Shown: piece by piece, positions 26,894-34,660 of the stretch
Position numbering within the stretch: position 1 is the first letter of the stretch
How the letters are laid out: each line of letters begins with the position of its first letter
Source of the DNA: Saprospirales bacterium
Lineage (GTDB): Bacteria; Bacteroidota; Bacteroidia; Chitinophagales; Saprospiraceae
Length of the DNA: 64,000 bases
Direction of reading: 5' to 3'
NCBI GenBank assembly: GCA_002698985.1
Contig: PAAY01000027.1
Span: 11,231 to 75,230 of the forward strand
Notes under the pieces: generated by a model
Databases searched by the model: none
What the model was told of the DNA's origin: nothing
Seen by the model: only the letters and a program-made list of their open reading frames with translations
Translations under genes and position numbers: made by a program

Positions 26894-26953
26894 CAACCTG
26901 GGCAACTTATTTCAGGCCAAGTCACGTGAAAGGACTGCTAAACTGCACAATAC

Positions 26954-27220
26954 AGGGATGAGGGGTGAGGGATGAGGGATGAAAAAGCTAGCGCCTCAAA
27001 ACTCTACACTCAAAACCCTACATCCTAAACTTTTTTAACCACAGAGTTAAGCAGAGTTGTTACACGGAGTTGCTCAGAGTTTTGACACGGAGTTTAACGG
27101 AGCTAGCGCCCCCAAACTCTACACCCTAAACCCTACACCCTAAACTCTTTAAAAAACAGAGTATCCCTGCTGAACCCCATAATCCCCATAATCCTCTATA
27201 ATCTTCTATAATCCTCTATA
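26954..27220 (-). repeat. Mosaic repeat locus, long double-GCTAGC variant, minus orientation
   Basis: (GGGATGA/GGGGTGA)x4, AAAAAGCTAGCGC, CTACAC-type units, the core with phased AACTCYG units, a second GCTAGC at about 27102, then CATAATCC/CTATAATC arrays ending 3 nt before the next ATG. Confidence 0.9.
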
Positions 27221-27223
27221 AAT

Positions 27224-27988
27224 ATGCTTTTGTTCGAAAAACACGACAAGGTAGGCTGGCTGACGCTCAACCGGCCGGATGTTTACAATGCCTTCAACCG
27301 GGAAATGGCACTTGCCGTGCAGGATGCCCTCAAGGATTGCGAAGCTGACAAAGCGGTGCGGGCTATTTACCTGACGGGAGCCGGCAAGGCTTTTTGTGCC
27401 GGGCAGGACCTGCAGGAGGCCATGCAGACGGAGAGTTTGCACACCATTCTGCACGAGCATTACAACCCCATCATCCGGCTGTTGCGCAGCATCGAAAAAC
27501 CCATCGTTTGTGCGGTGAACGGCGTGGCTGCCGGCGCCGGCGCCAACATTGCCCTGGCCTGCGATATTACGGTGGCAACGGCTTCGGCATCTTTCATTCA
27601 GGCTTTCAGCAAAATTGGCCTGATACCTGACAGCAGCGGCACTTTCTTCCTGCCCAGAATCGTGGGCTTCCAGCGGGCCTCGGCATTGATGATGCTGGGC
27701 GACAAGGTGAACGCTGCGGATGCAGAGACCATGGGCATGATTTACCGCTGTATTCCGGATGAGCAGTTTTCCGAAGAGAGTAAAAAACTGGTGCTCAAAC
27801 TGTCGGATATGCCCACCAAAGGTCTGGGTCTGACCAAGCGTGCCCTCAACGCTTCTTTCCAAAACAACCTTGAACAGCAACTCCAACTGGAAGATGAACT
27901 CCAGTCAGAGGCCGGAAAAACCTACGACTACAACGAGGGTGTTAAGGCCTTTTTGGAAAAGCGCAGGCCGGAGTTTAGGGGGGAATAA
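27224..27988 (+). CDS. Enoyl-CoA hydratase/isomerase family protein (PaaG-like)
   Basis: 254 aa. Crotonase motifs LTLNRPDVYNAF, LTGAGKAFCAGQDL and AVNGVAAGAGANIALACD. Confidence 0.85.
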   Translation: MLLFEKHDKVGWLTLNRPDVYNAFNREMALAVQDALKDCEADKAVRAIYLTGAGKAFCAGQDLQEAMQTESLHTILHEHYNPIIRLLRSIEKPIVCAVNGVAAGAGANIALACDITVATASASFIQAFSKIGLIPDSSGTFFLPRIVGFQRASALMMLGDKVNAADAETMGMIYRCIPDEQFSEESKKLVLKLSDMPTKGLGLTKRALNASFQNNLEQQLQLEDELQSEAGKTYDYNEGVKAFLEKRRPEFRGE

Positions 27989-27990
27989 AG

Positions 27991-28106
27991 GTTTAATTGT
28001 TTAAGCCTTCGGCGTTTAGCGGCTTCGCCGGTTTAGTCCGCCTGCTGGCGGAGTTTAGGCCTTTGGCGTTTAGCGGCTTCGCCGGTTTAGGCCTTTGGAC
28101 GTTTAT
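27991..28106. repeat. GTTTAR-punctuated array of 9-16-nt mini-hairpins
   Basis: GTTTAA GCCTTCGGC GTTTAG CGGCTTCGCCG GTTTAG TCCGCCTGCTGGCGGA GTTTAG GCCTTTGGC GTTTAG CGGCTTCGCCG GTTTAG GCCTTTGGAC GTTTAT. Starts directly after the stop codon. Confidence 0.85.
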
Positions 28107-28138
28107 TTGGGAATGATGGTCTTGACCAGGGTTTACAG

Positions 28139-28210
28139 CCTCATCCCTCATTCCTCATTCCTCATTCCTCATTCCTCATTCCTCATTCCTCATCCCTCAT
28201 TCCTCATCCC
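28139..28210. repeat. Heptamer array (CCTCATT/CCTCATC) x10
   Basis: Seen directly: ten head-to-tail heptamers between convergent genes. Confidence 0.95.
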
Positions 28211-28267
28211 TTCTTATTGCGTGCAGCTGTTGTTTGATGGGAGCCCTAATGAAGAGTAAATACCTGT

Positions 28268-29182
28268 TCAGGATAGTCTCACCTTTCGTTCCACCTCTGC
28301 CAGCCAGCCAAAGAAAATCCGGTGGGAGGCGGCATCCGGCCGAAACCAGCCGGCGCTGTCCAGGTGGTTGCCGCCGGGCAGGATTTCCAAACGGGTTTCG
28401 GCCTGGTTGAGTTCTTTAAGCTTTTCAGCAAAGGCGATGACGCTGTCAGTTTCCACCAATCCGTCATTTTCGCCGTGCATGATGAGCACTGGCAGCTTGA
28501 CGGGGCCGGAGAGGTGGCGGTAGGGATTTGCGTTGCGGAACCGGTCGGAATTTCTTCTGCCGGCCAGCAGGTAGAGGGGAGGGGAGTGCCACATCATTTC
28601 CAGATGCACGGGGGCACCCAGCAGGAAAAGACCGTGAATGGCAGCAGCCTCGGGGCCCGCCTCTTTGCGCAGCGAGGCATCAAAAGCAAAAAGCGCCGAC
28701 AAATGCCCGCCGGACGAAGAGCCACCCAAAATGACGGGCCAATGGCCAATGTCTTCCACCGCCATCAAGGAGCGGATGGTGGCCATGATTCTGACCATGT
28801 CTTGCCGCATGTGCGGGATGAAGTGCCTCGGCAGCCGCCGGTGGGAGGGCATGAAAACCCGGTAGCCCGCCTGCGTGAGCCGGAAGGCATTGGCCCTGAA
28901 CATTTCAGGGCTGCCAAACATCCAGCCGCCCCCGTGGATGTACACGATGACCAGCTCTTTTGTGGGATGCCCCGGCGGAGGAGCAAACTCCAGGATGTAT
29001 TGCCGGCGGTGCGTGCCGTATCGGTGCCGCTGTTCCAGCATCGGCCGGCGGGGGGCAGCATAAAGTTTTGGAAGCCAAAGCGGGATGCGAAGGATCTCGT
29101 ACAGGAAGATGCCCTTTGGACACAGTGCCAGGCCGAGCAGGTAAATCAAAATGATTGTTCCAAAAATCTTCACTAACAGCAT
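28268..29182 (-). CDS. Alpha/beta hydrolase (esterase/lipase-like, fold-3)
   Basis: HGGGW oxyanion motif and the nucleophile elbow GGSSSGGH. N-terminal membrane anchor. Confidence 0.8.
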   Translation of the reverse strand: MLLVKIFGTIILIYLLGLALCPKGIFLYEILRIPLWLPKLYAAPRRPMLEQRHRYGTHRRQYILEFAPPPGHPTKELVIVYIHGGGWMFGSPEMFRANAFRLTQAGYRVFMPSHRRLPRHFIPHMRQDMVRIMATIRSLMAVEDIGHWPVILGGSSSGGHLSALFAFDASLRKEAGPEAAAIHGLFLLGAPVHLEMMWHSPPLYLLAGRRNSDRFRNANPYRHLSGPVKLPVLIMHGENDGLVETDSVIAFAEKLKELNQAETRLEILPGGNHLDSAGWFRPDAASHRIFFGWLAEVERKVRLS

Positions 29183-29239
29183 TTGGCTTGTTTTCTTTGT
29201 CGCTGCGCAATGTAAGTATTCGCTTTAAATCCACTGACC

Positions 29240-29737
29240 GTGAAAAGAGTTCAGTTGCTTGTTTTGTCAGTTTTTATCGTCGCAATGGCGGGCTGCTATT
29301 CCTTCAAAGGCATCAGCATACCGCCTGATGTGAACACTTTTTATGTATCGCTTTTCGAAGACCAAAGCCAGGCTTCCATCCCCACCTTGCCACGGGATTT
29401 TACCGAACAACTGAAAGACAAAATCCGGCGTGAAACCCGCCTCAGCTACAACGATGAGGAACCGGACATTGAATTTCACGGTGCCATCACCGGCTTCCGG
29501 GTGCAGGCCGAAGCTCCAAAGGCCGATCAGCAAATCGGTTTCAACAAGCTCACCGTCACCGTGCGGGTGGAGTTCATCAACAACAAAAACGAAAAGGCCA
29601 ACTGGAAACAGCAGTTCAGCTACGATGAATTCTTCGAACCCGACCAGAACCTCCTCGACGTGCAGGACCAACTCCTCGAAACCATCAACAAAGAACTCAT
29701 CGACCAGATCTTCAACCGGGCATTTACGAATTGGTAG
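29240..29737 (+). CDS. Lipoprotein, LptE-like
   Basis: GTG start. Signal peptide plus lipobox (VAMAGC). Size and pattern (CYSFKGISIPPDVNTFYV) resemble Bacteroidota LptE-family proteins. The family call is tentative. Confidence 0.55.
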   Translation: MKRVQLLVLSVFIVAMAGCYSFKGISIPPDVNTFYVSLFEDQSQASIPTLPRDFTEQLKDKIRRETRLSYNDEEPDIEFHGAITGFRVQAEAPKADQQIGFNKLTVTVRVEFINNKNEKANWKQQFSYDEFFEPDQNLLDVQDQLLETINKELIDQIFNRAFTNW

Positions 29738-29740
29738 TTG

Positions 29741-30212
29741 ATTGGGGATTATGGTGTTGTAAGTTGTAGGTTGTAAGTTGTAAGTTGACGCAGGAACACT
29801 CCGTTTAACTCTGTTTTTAACGCTTATAACTCTGTGGTTAATTGAGGATTATGGAGGATTATGAAGGATTATGCGGTTCAGCAGGAACACTCTGTTCAAC
29901 TCTGTTTTCAACTCCGATAACTCTGTGGTTTAAAAAGTTTAGGGTGTAGGGTTTGGGGGCTCTAGCTCCGTTAAACTCCGTGTCAAAACTCTGTGCAACT
30001 CTGTGAAATAACTCTGCTCAACTCTGCGGTTAAAAAAGTTTAGAGTGTAGGGTTTAGGTTGTAGAGTTTGGGAGCGCTAGCTTTTTCATCCCTCATCCCT
30101 CATCCCTCATCCCTCATCTCTCATCCCTCATCCCTGATTATGGGGATTATAGGGATTATGGGGTTCAGCAGAACTTGCTACGAGCTACGAGCTACGAGCT
30201 ACGAGCTACGCC
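29741..30212 (+). repeat. Largest mosaic repeat locus, ~470 bp, plus orientation
   Basis: GTTGTAR heptamers (about 29755-29790), two core copies, (GGATTATNNN) units, GCTCTAGC at about 29959 and GCGCTAGC at about 30074, phased AACTCYG units at 29973-30029, (TCATCCC)x7 at about 30087-30136 and (CTACGAG)x4.5 at 30178-30210. Confidence 0.92.
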
Positions 30213-30276
30213 TCACGCTTTCCTAAAAATCAAATTCCCTACATTTGGCCGTCATTTCACAAAAACCACTTTGCGC

Positions 30277-31578
30277 ATGGACTTTTTGATCACCCTTGTA
30301 CGGGCATTGTTTGGACTGGCGGTCATGATCGCTTTCCTGTATGCACTCAGTTACGACCGCAAATCCATCAACTGGCGGCTGGTGGGAGCCGGGCTGCTGT
30401 TGCAACTCGTCTTGGGGGTGCTGGTGCTGAAAGTGGACATGATTACACACATTTTTGATGGGATCGCTCACTTTTTTGTGAAGGTGCTGGACTTTACCCA
30501 TGCGGGTACTGACTTCCTGCTCACCCCTTTTGGCGCAGCCGAAGTGGACACGGCCCTGAACAATTTTGTTTTCAAAATTTTGCCGACCATCGTGTTCTTT
30601 TCGGCGGTTTCTTCCATGCTCTATTATTTCGGAATACTGCAATTGATCACCAAAGGCATTGCCTGGGTGATGAGCAAAACCATGAAGCTGACCGGAGCTG
30701 AGAGCCTGGCCGCCGCCGCCAATGTTTTCATCGGACAAACAGAGGCGCCGCTGGTCATCAGGCCCTACCTGGAGGGCATGTCCCGCTCGGAGATCATGTG
30801 CCTGATGACGGGGGGCTTTGCCACCATAGCGGGCAGTGTGTTTGCGGCCTACGTTGGCTTCCTCGGGGGTGATGACCCGGCGGAGCAGCAGCTTTTTGCC
30901 CGACACCTGCTCAATGCCTCCATCATGTCGGCACCGGCGGCCATTGTGGCTGCCAAGATCCTGTACCCCTTGAAAGGGGAAATTCCATTGGAAGCTCAAA
31001 AACTGGATGTTCCTAAAGAAAAATCCGGCAACAACGTGCTGGATGCCATCACCCGTGGCTCTACCGATGGCTTCCGGCTGGCGGTGAACGTGGGCATCAT
31101 GCTGCTGGTGTTCACGGCTTTCATCAGCATGATCAATTACGGACTGGAGCACGGCTTCGGCGATTGGTTCGGCTGGAACGAGGCCATTGCAAAAAGCACG
31201 GACGGACGCTTTTCCGGTTTCACCATCGAGTATGTGCTGGGGGTTGTGTTTGCACCGGTGGCCTGGCTGTTGGGTGTGCCCTGGGAGGACTGTACGGTGG
31301 TGGGGCAGTTGCTCGGCATGAAAACGGCCATCAATGAATTTTACGCTTATGCCCAGATACCGTCCGTTGCACCGGTTCTGCAGGAAAAGTCAATTCTGAT
31401 AGCCACCTATGCCTTGTGCGGCTTTGCCAACTTTGCTTCCATCGGCATTCAGATCGGTGGTATCAGTGCGCTGGCACCGGGCCAACGCCAAAACCTGACG
31501 GAGCTGAGCTTCAAGGCCATGATCGGTGGTACCATTGCGGCATTCTTCACGGCCATTTTTGCAAGCCTTCTCGTTTAG
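30277..31578 (+). CDS. NupC/NupG-family concentrative nucleoside transporter
   Basis: ORF trimmed to MDFLITLVRALFGLAVMIAF. Conserved CNT motifs (AAANVFIGQTEAPL, GGFATIAGSV, LCGFANFASIGI). Confidence 0.9.
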   Translation: MDFLITLVRALFGLAVMIAFLYALSYDRKSINWRLVGAGLLLQLVLGVLVLKVDMITHIFDGIAHFFVKVLDFTHAGTDFLLTPFGAAEVDTALNNFVFKILPTIVFFSAVSSMLYYFGILQLITKGIAWVMSKTMKLTGAESLAAAANVFIGQTEAPLVIRPYLEGMSRSEIMCLMTGGFATIAGSVFAAYVGFLGGDDPAEQQLFARHLLNASIMSAPAAIVAAKILYPLKGEIPLEAQKLDVPKEKSGNNVLDAITRGSTDGFRLAVNVGIMLLVFTAFISMINYGLEHGFGDWFGWNEAIAKSTDGRFSGFTIEYVLGVVFAPVAWLLGVPWEDCTVVGQLLGMKTAINEFYAYAQIPSVAPVLQEKSILIATYALCGFANFASIGIQIGGISALAPGQRQNLTELSFKAMIGGTIAAFFTAIFASLLV

Positions 31579-32123
31579 GCCCTTCGGCTGGCGCCAACGG
31601 CTTTCAGGGTCCTTTCGATTTGTTTCCGGTGCCTGTTGAAGTGACCGGAGAAGAACTGAAACATCCCGTCGAGGGTCAGTCTGCCTGCCATGGCGTGTTT
31701 GTAAATGTTGCTGTCTTGCAACTCCGGTGGAATCTCGTTCAACAATTTGCCCATCTCTGTCCTGATCTCTCTCCATTTGGTAGCCAGGGTCTCAAAATCC
31801 ACATCATTGCTGAATTTCTGTTCTGAAACAATGGAGGGTGCCTTGAATTTGATGGGTGCATCCATGAAAAAACGCAACAGCAGCAGCCTGACCCTGTTCT
31901 CGATGCCGGGCTTTTTCAATCCGTGTGGATATTGGATTTTTTTGCGGACGTAGCCCACCGACAACCGCTCTGCCAGCATCAGGTGCTGCATCACTTCCAC
32001 CACCGACCAGGCAGTGGGGGAGGGCTTCTCCTTGAGTTTTTCCGAAGGGAAAGAAGAAAGGTAAGCGAGCAGGGATTCAAGATCCTGGTTCAGGCGATCC
32101 AGCTTTGATTGGTACTTCGACAT
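31575..32123 (-). CDS. DinB-family protein
   Basis: ORF trimmed to MSKYQSKLDRLNQ. Four-helix DinB pattern with a His triad (WSVVEVMQHL..., HFNRHRKQI). The 3' end overlaps the nupC-like stop by 4 nt (convergent). Confidence 0.7.
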   Translation of the reverse strand: MSKYQSKLDRLNQDLESLLAYLSSFPSEKLKEKPSPTAWSVVEVMQHLMLAERLSVGYVRKKIQYPHGLKKPGIENRVRLLLLRFFMDAPIKFKAPSIVSEQKFSNDVDFETLATKWREIRTEMGKLLNEIPPELQDSNIYKHAMAGRLTLDGMFQFFSGHFNRHRKQIERTLKAVGASRRA

Positions 32124-32175
32124 GAGGGTGCAATTTGTGATTGAATGAGCAAATGTACCTTTCAAAAGCCGGAAC

Positions 32176-32835
32176 TCATTTTCTGGCCCTGGTCATTTCT
32201 CTTTTGCCGGGAGGTCCGGGAAGGGCTTCCACCTCAAAACCAGCGCTTTTCAATGCCCGTTTAAAGGCACTTTTGGCGCAGTAAGTTACCAGCACTCCAC
32301 CTTGTATGAGCGAATCGTACATGTTTTGCATGATTTCAGGGGTCCACAATTCGGGCTGGCTGCTGGGTGCAAATGCATCGTAATAAATAAGGTCGTAGGT
32401 GTTTTCCGAGCGCCAGGCTTCAGCCTTGGCGTTTTTCTTCAGCAAATTGAATCCTTCGGTAACGGAGGTTTCCACCTCCCAATCGCATTGGTGTAGTTGA
32501 AGAAACAGCTCACGGGTCGCAGGCTCATTCAGGAATTGAGCATAGTCGAGTGCGGTAAAAATCTCGGGCGGCAGGGGCTTGGTATCCAGTGCCGTATAGT
32601 GCACGTTAAGGGTTAGGCGGTCCACCTCCAGGCATGTAAGAAAAGTGTTAAGTCCGGTTCCAAATCCCACCTCCAGGATACTCAGCTCCTTTTTGGTGAC
32701 GGCCTTGTAATACAGGCCTGCTTCGATGAAGACATGCTGGCTTTCCTGCACGGCACCGTACCGCGAGTGGTAAGTAACCCCCTCAGCCTCAAGTCTTATG
32801 GTTGGTGAACCGTCTTGTGTCTTAATTACTTCCAT
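32176..32835 (-). CDS. SAM-dependent tRNA U34 methyltransferase, MnmD-like
   Basis: ORF trimmed to MEVIKTQDGSPTIRLEAEGVTYHSRYGAVQES. SAM motif ILEVGFGTGLN and YDLIYYDAFAP. Confidence 0.7.
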   Translation of the reverse strand: MEVIKTQDGSPTIRLEAEGVTYHSRYGAVQESQHVFIEAGLYYKAVTKKELSILEVGFGTGLNTFLTCLEVDRLTLNVHYTALDTKPLPPEIFTALDYAQFLNEPATRELFLQLHQCDWEVETSVTEGFNLLKKNAKAEAWRSENTYDLIYYDAFAPSSQPELWTPEIMQNMYDSLIQGGVLVTYCAKSAFKRALKSAGFEVEALPGPPGKREMTRARK

Positions 32836-33470
32836 CTTTTGTGGTTTTCTGGATTGCTTGCAATTAACGGAAGAATCTGGAATTGTCTGGGGTGCCATTG
32901 CTGACAGTCAGTTCAATTTTTTGTCTGAGAATTCTGAAAAAGGCCTTTAACCTTGGACTTGACTGCGATTGTGGGTGGTTTGGAGGAGTTTACCTCATAC
33001 CGACTTAAACGCTTTCAACGACCGAAGTTACTTTTTGCAGATCAATCATTTCTCAGAATGAAAAGAAAACAGTGCTTCTGAATTGGGTAGATGCAAGGAA
33101 AACGAACAGGTAACCAAGTTGGAAAAGTTGCGTACACCTCAGCTTGAAGACTAACAGCATTTGGAGGCCACAACCTGATTGCAGGGGGTAAAGGTCTGAT
33201 TTCTTCTCTTCTTTCCGAAAAATCCTGCGGTCATTTTCTTTTTCTGTTCTCACAAACACGCCTGACGGACACAAAAGCTTTTTAAGCTCATCTTTACTGA
33301 AGTACAAATTCAAAGTTGGAACAATATTTGAATTTCTCTCATGTGTTATTGATCGCCACACTAAGACAGACAAATACAGATTGAAATTTTGTTAAAACAA
33401 ACAACACTGGTGAACAACCTAAACCATCCCCTGCGGTGTTAAGTAAGATGCTCGATGGCAGGGGTGTCCC

Positions 33471-34544
33471 ATGAACATTTTAAAACAAAATCCCATGCTA
33501 TTGACAAAAAGACTTCCGTTGATTGTCAGTTTGACCAGTGCCCTGACCTTGGCTTGTTTGACCGTTTATCAATCGGATGTTATCAATGACCTCAGAAACC
33601 TGCTCCAGACGACCAACGAAAAGCTGGTGAAAACCAGGGGGCAATTGGAAATCGAGGTTCAGAAAAACGAAGACCTGGAACGCCAGGTGCTCGTGCTGAA
33701 CGATTCCATCAGCCTGCTTAATGCCAGAATAGAAGATTTCAAAGTTGAGATCAACCGGCTGAAGTCAAAGGTCAAGCAACTGAATGGCAGGATTCAGCAG
33801 CAGGAAGACAAAGTGAAACAGCTTACGGCGGCCATCAACAAGCTCAAAGCCGACAACTCCGAAAAAAGTGCCCAGGTGGCCAAATTGGAAGAGGAACGGA
33901 ACAAGTTGCTCATTTCCATGGAAGCCGCTGACAAAGTGCGCATTGAGATGCAGGAGGAAATCAACAGACTGAGGGCACAGTTGGGTTTGGCGAGCGAGCA
34001 GGCCGAAGCAACTGAAAGCAGGCTCGATGAAATAAGGCCGGCAATCAAGGAAGAGCCGGCACCGCCAATGACCGGCATCGAAGATGAAAAAGTGGAACAC
34101 GCACCCCAGAAAAAGCTGGCATCCATCCTCGGTTTTACCGAAGTGCAATTTGGTGAAATTGTGGTCAAGGAAGACCAGAACGGCCCGGCCCTGAAGCGGG
34201 CAGGCAACAATTGGCAATATGTAATGCTCAATTTCGTATTGAATCATCAGGACCCCGAAGTGCTGGTAGGCGAGGAATTCCTCGTTCAGGTTTACGACCT
34301 CGATCAGCACAAAGTGGTGCCATTCAATGAGTTCAATCCGGAGTACCCCGACAGCCCTGTGGGCAACAAAGGATATTCTTTTGTTTACCAGGGACAGCCC
34401 GTTGGAATCAAGTATTTCAACAGCCAGAAAAAGGAGAGCAAGAATTACGAATTGCGCCTGTACTACTACAAAGACGGAATGATCTATCAATTGCGGAACA
34501 ACCGTGTCAAGATCATCGAGCGTGGAAAAGTGGTAACCAGGTAA
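33471..34544 (+). CDS. Membrane-anchored coiled-coil protein, function unknown
   Basis: 357 aa. N-terminal TM, ~170 aa of heptad-rich coiled coil, then a C-terminal beta-rich domain. Confidence 0.6.
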   Translation: MNILKQNPMLLTKRLPLIVSLTSALTLACLTVYQSDVINDLRNLLQTTNEKLVKTRGQLEIEVQKNEDLERQVLVLNDSISLLNARIEDFKVEINRLKSKVKQLNGRIQQQEDKVKQLTAAINKLKADNSEKSAQVAKLEEERNKLLISMEAADKVRIEMQEEINRLRAQLGLASEQAEATESRLDEIRPAIKEEPAPPMTGIEDEKVEHAPQKKLASILGFTEVQFGEIVVKEDQNGPALKRAGNNWQYVMLNFVLNHQDPEVLVGEEFLVQVYDLDQHKVVPFNEFNPEYPDSPVGNKGYSFVYQGQPVGIKYFNSQKKESKNYELRLYYYKDGMIYQLRNNRVKIIERGKVVTR

Positions 34545-34607
34545 AACCCGCCGGAGTTATCCGGCCCCTGAATCGGAAAGCCTTTATCTCAATAGAAGTT
34601 GTTTTTG

Positions 34608-34637
34608 GGCAGTAGCTTCGGCTGCTGCCTTTTTTTA
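34608..34637 (+). terminator. Rho-independent terminator
   Basis: GGCAGTAGC-TTCG-GCTGCTGCC (one G-U pair) followed by TTTTTTTA. Confidence 0.7.
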
Positions 34638-34660
34638 TCTTGGGGCCCGAACAAAGCCCA

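Larger units (their letters stand above)
25523..26914 (+). mobile_element. IS3-family insertion sequence (1,392 bp), apparently intact
   Basis: Ends are TG...CA with 16/16 terminal inverted repeats TGAAATAAGTTGCCCA. Flanking direct repeat GGCC (25519-25522 and 26915-18). Two ORFs in the 0/-1 frame arrangement. GC content is lower than the surroundings. Confidence 0.9.

Noticed and set aside
27991-28106. Possible CRISPR array (regular GTTTAG repeats with intervening sequences)
   Set aside because: Repeats are only 6 nt and the spacers are 9-16 nt, self-complementary and recur. No cas genes are in the window. Scale and structure are incompatible with CRISPR.
30175-30276. Upstream start (30175) for the NupC transporter and upstream start (39932) for recF
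   Set aside because: The 30175 extension translates CTACGAG repeats. The 39932 extension overlaps a terminator hairpin. Internal starts give canonical N-termini.
33053-33373. 106-aa minus-strand ORF in the AT-rich gap
   Set aside because: Low-complexity, Phe/Leu/Lys-rich product with no signal or motif and no plausible start context. Treated as non-coding pending evidence.
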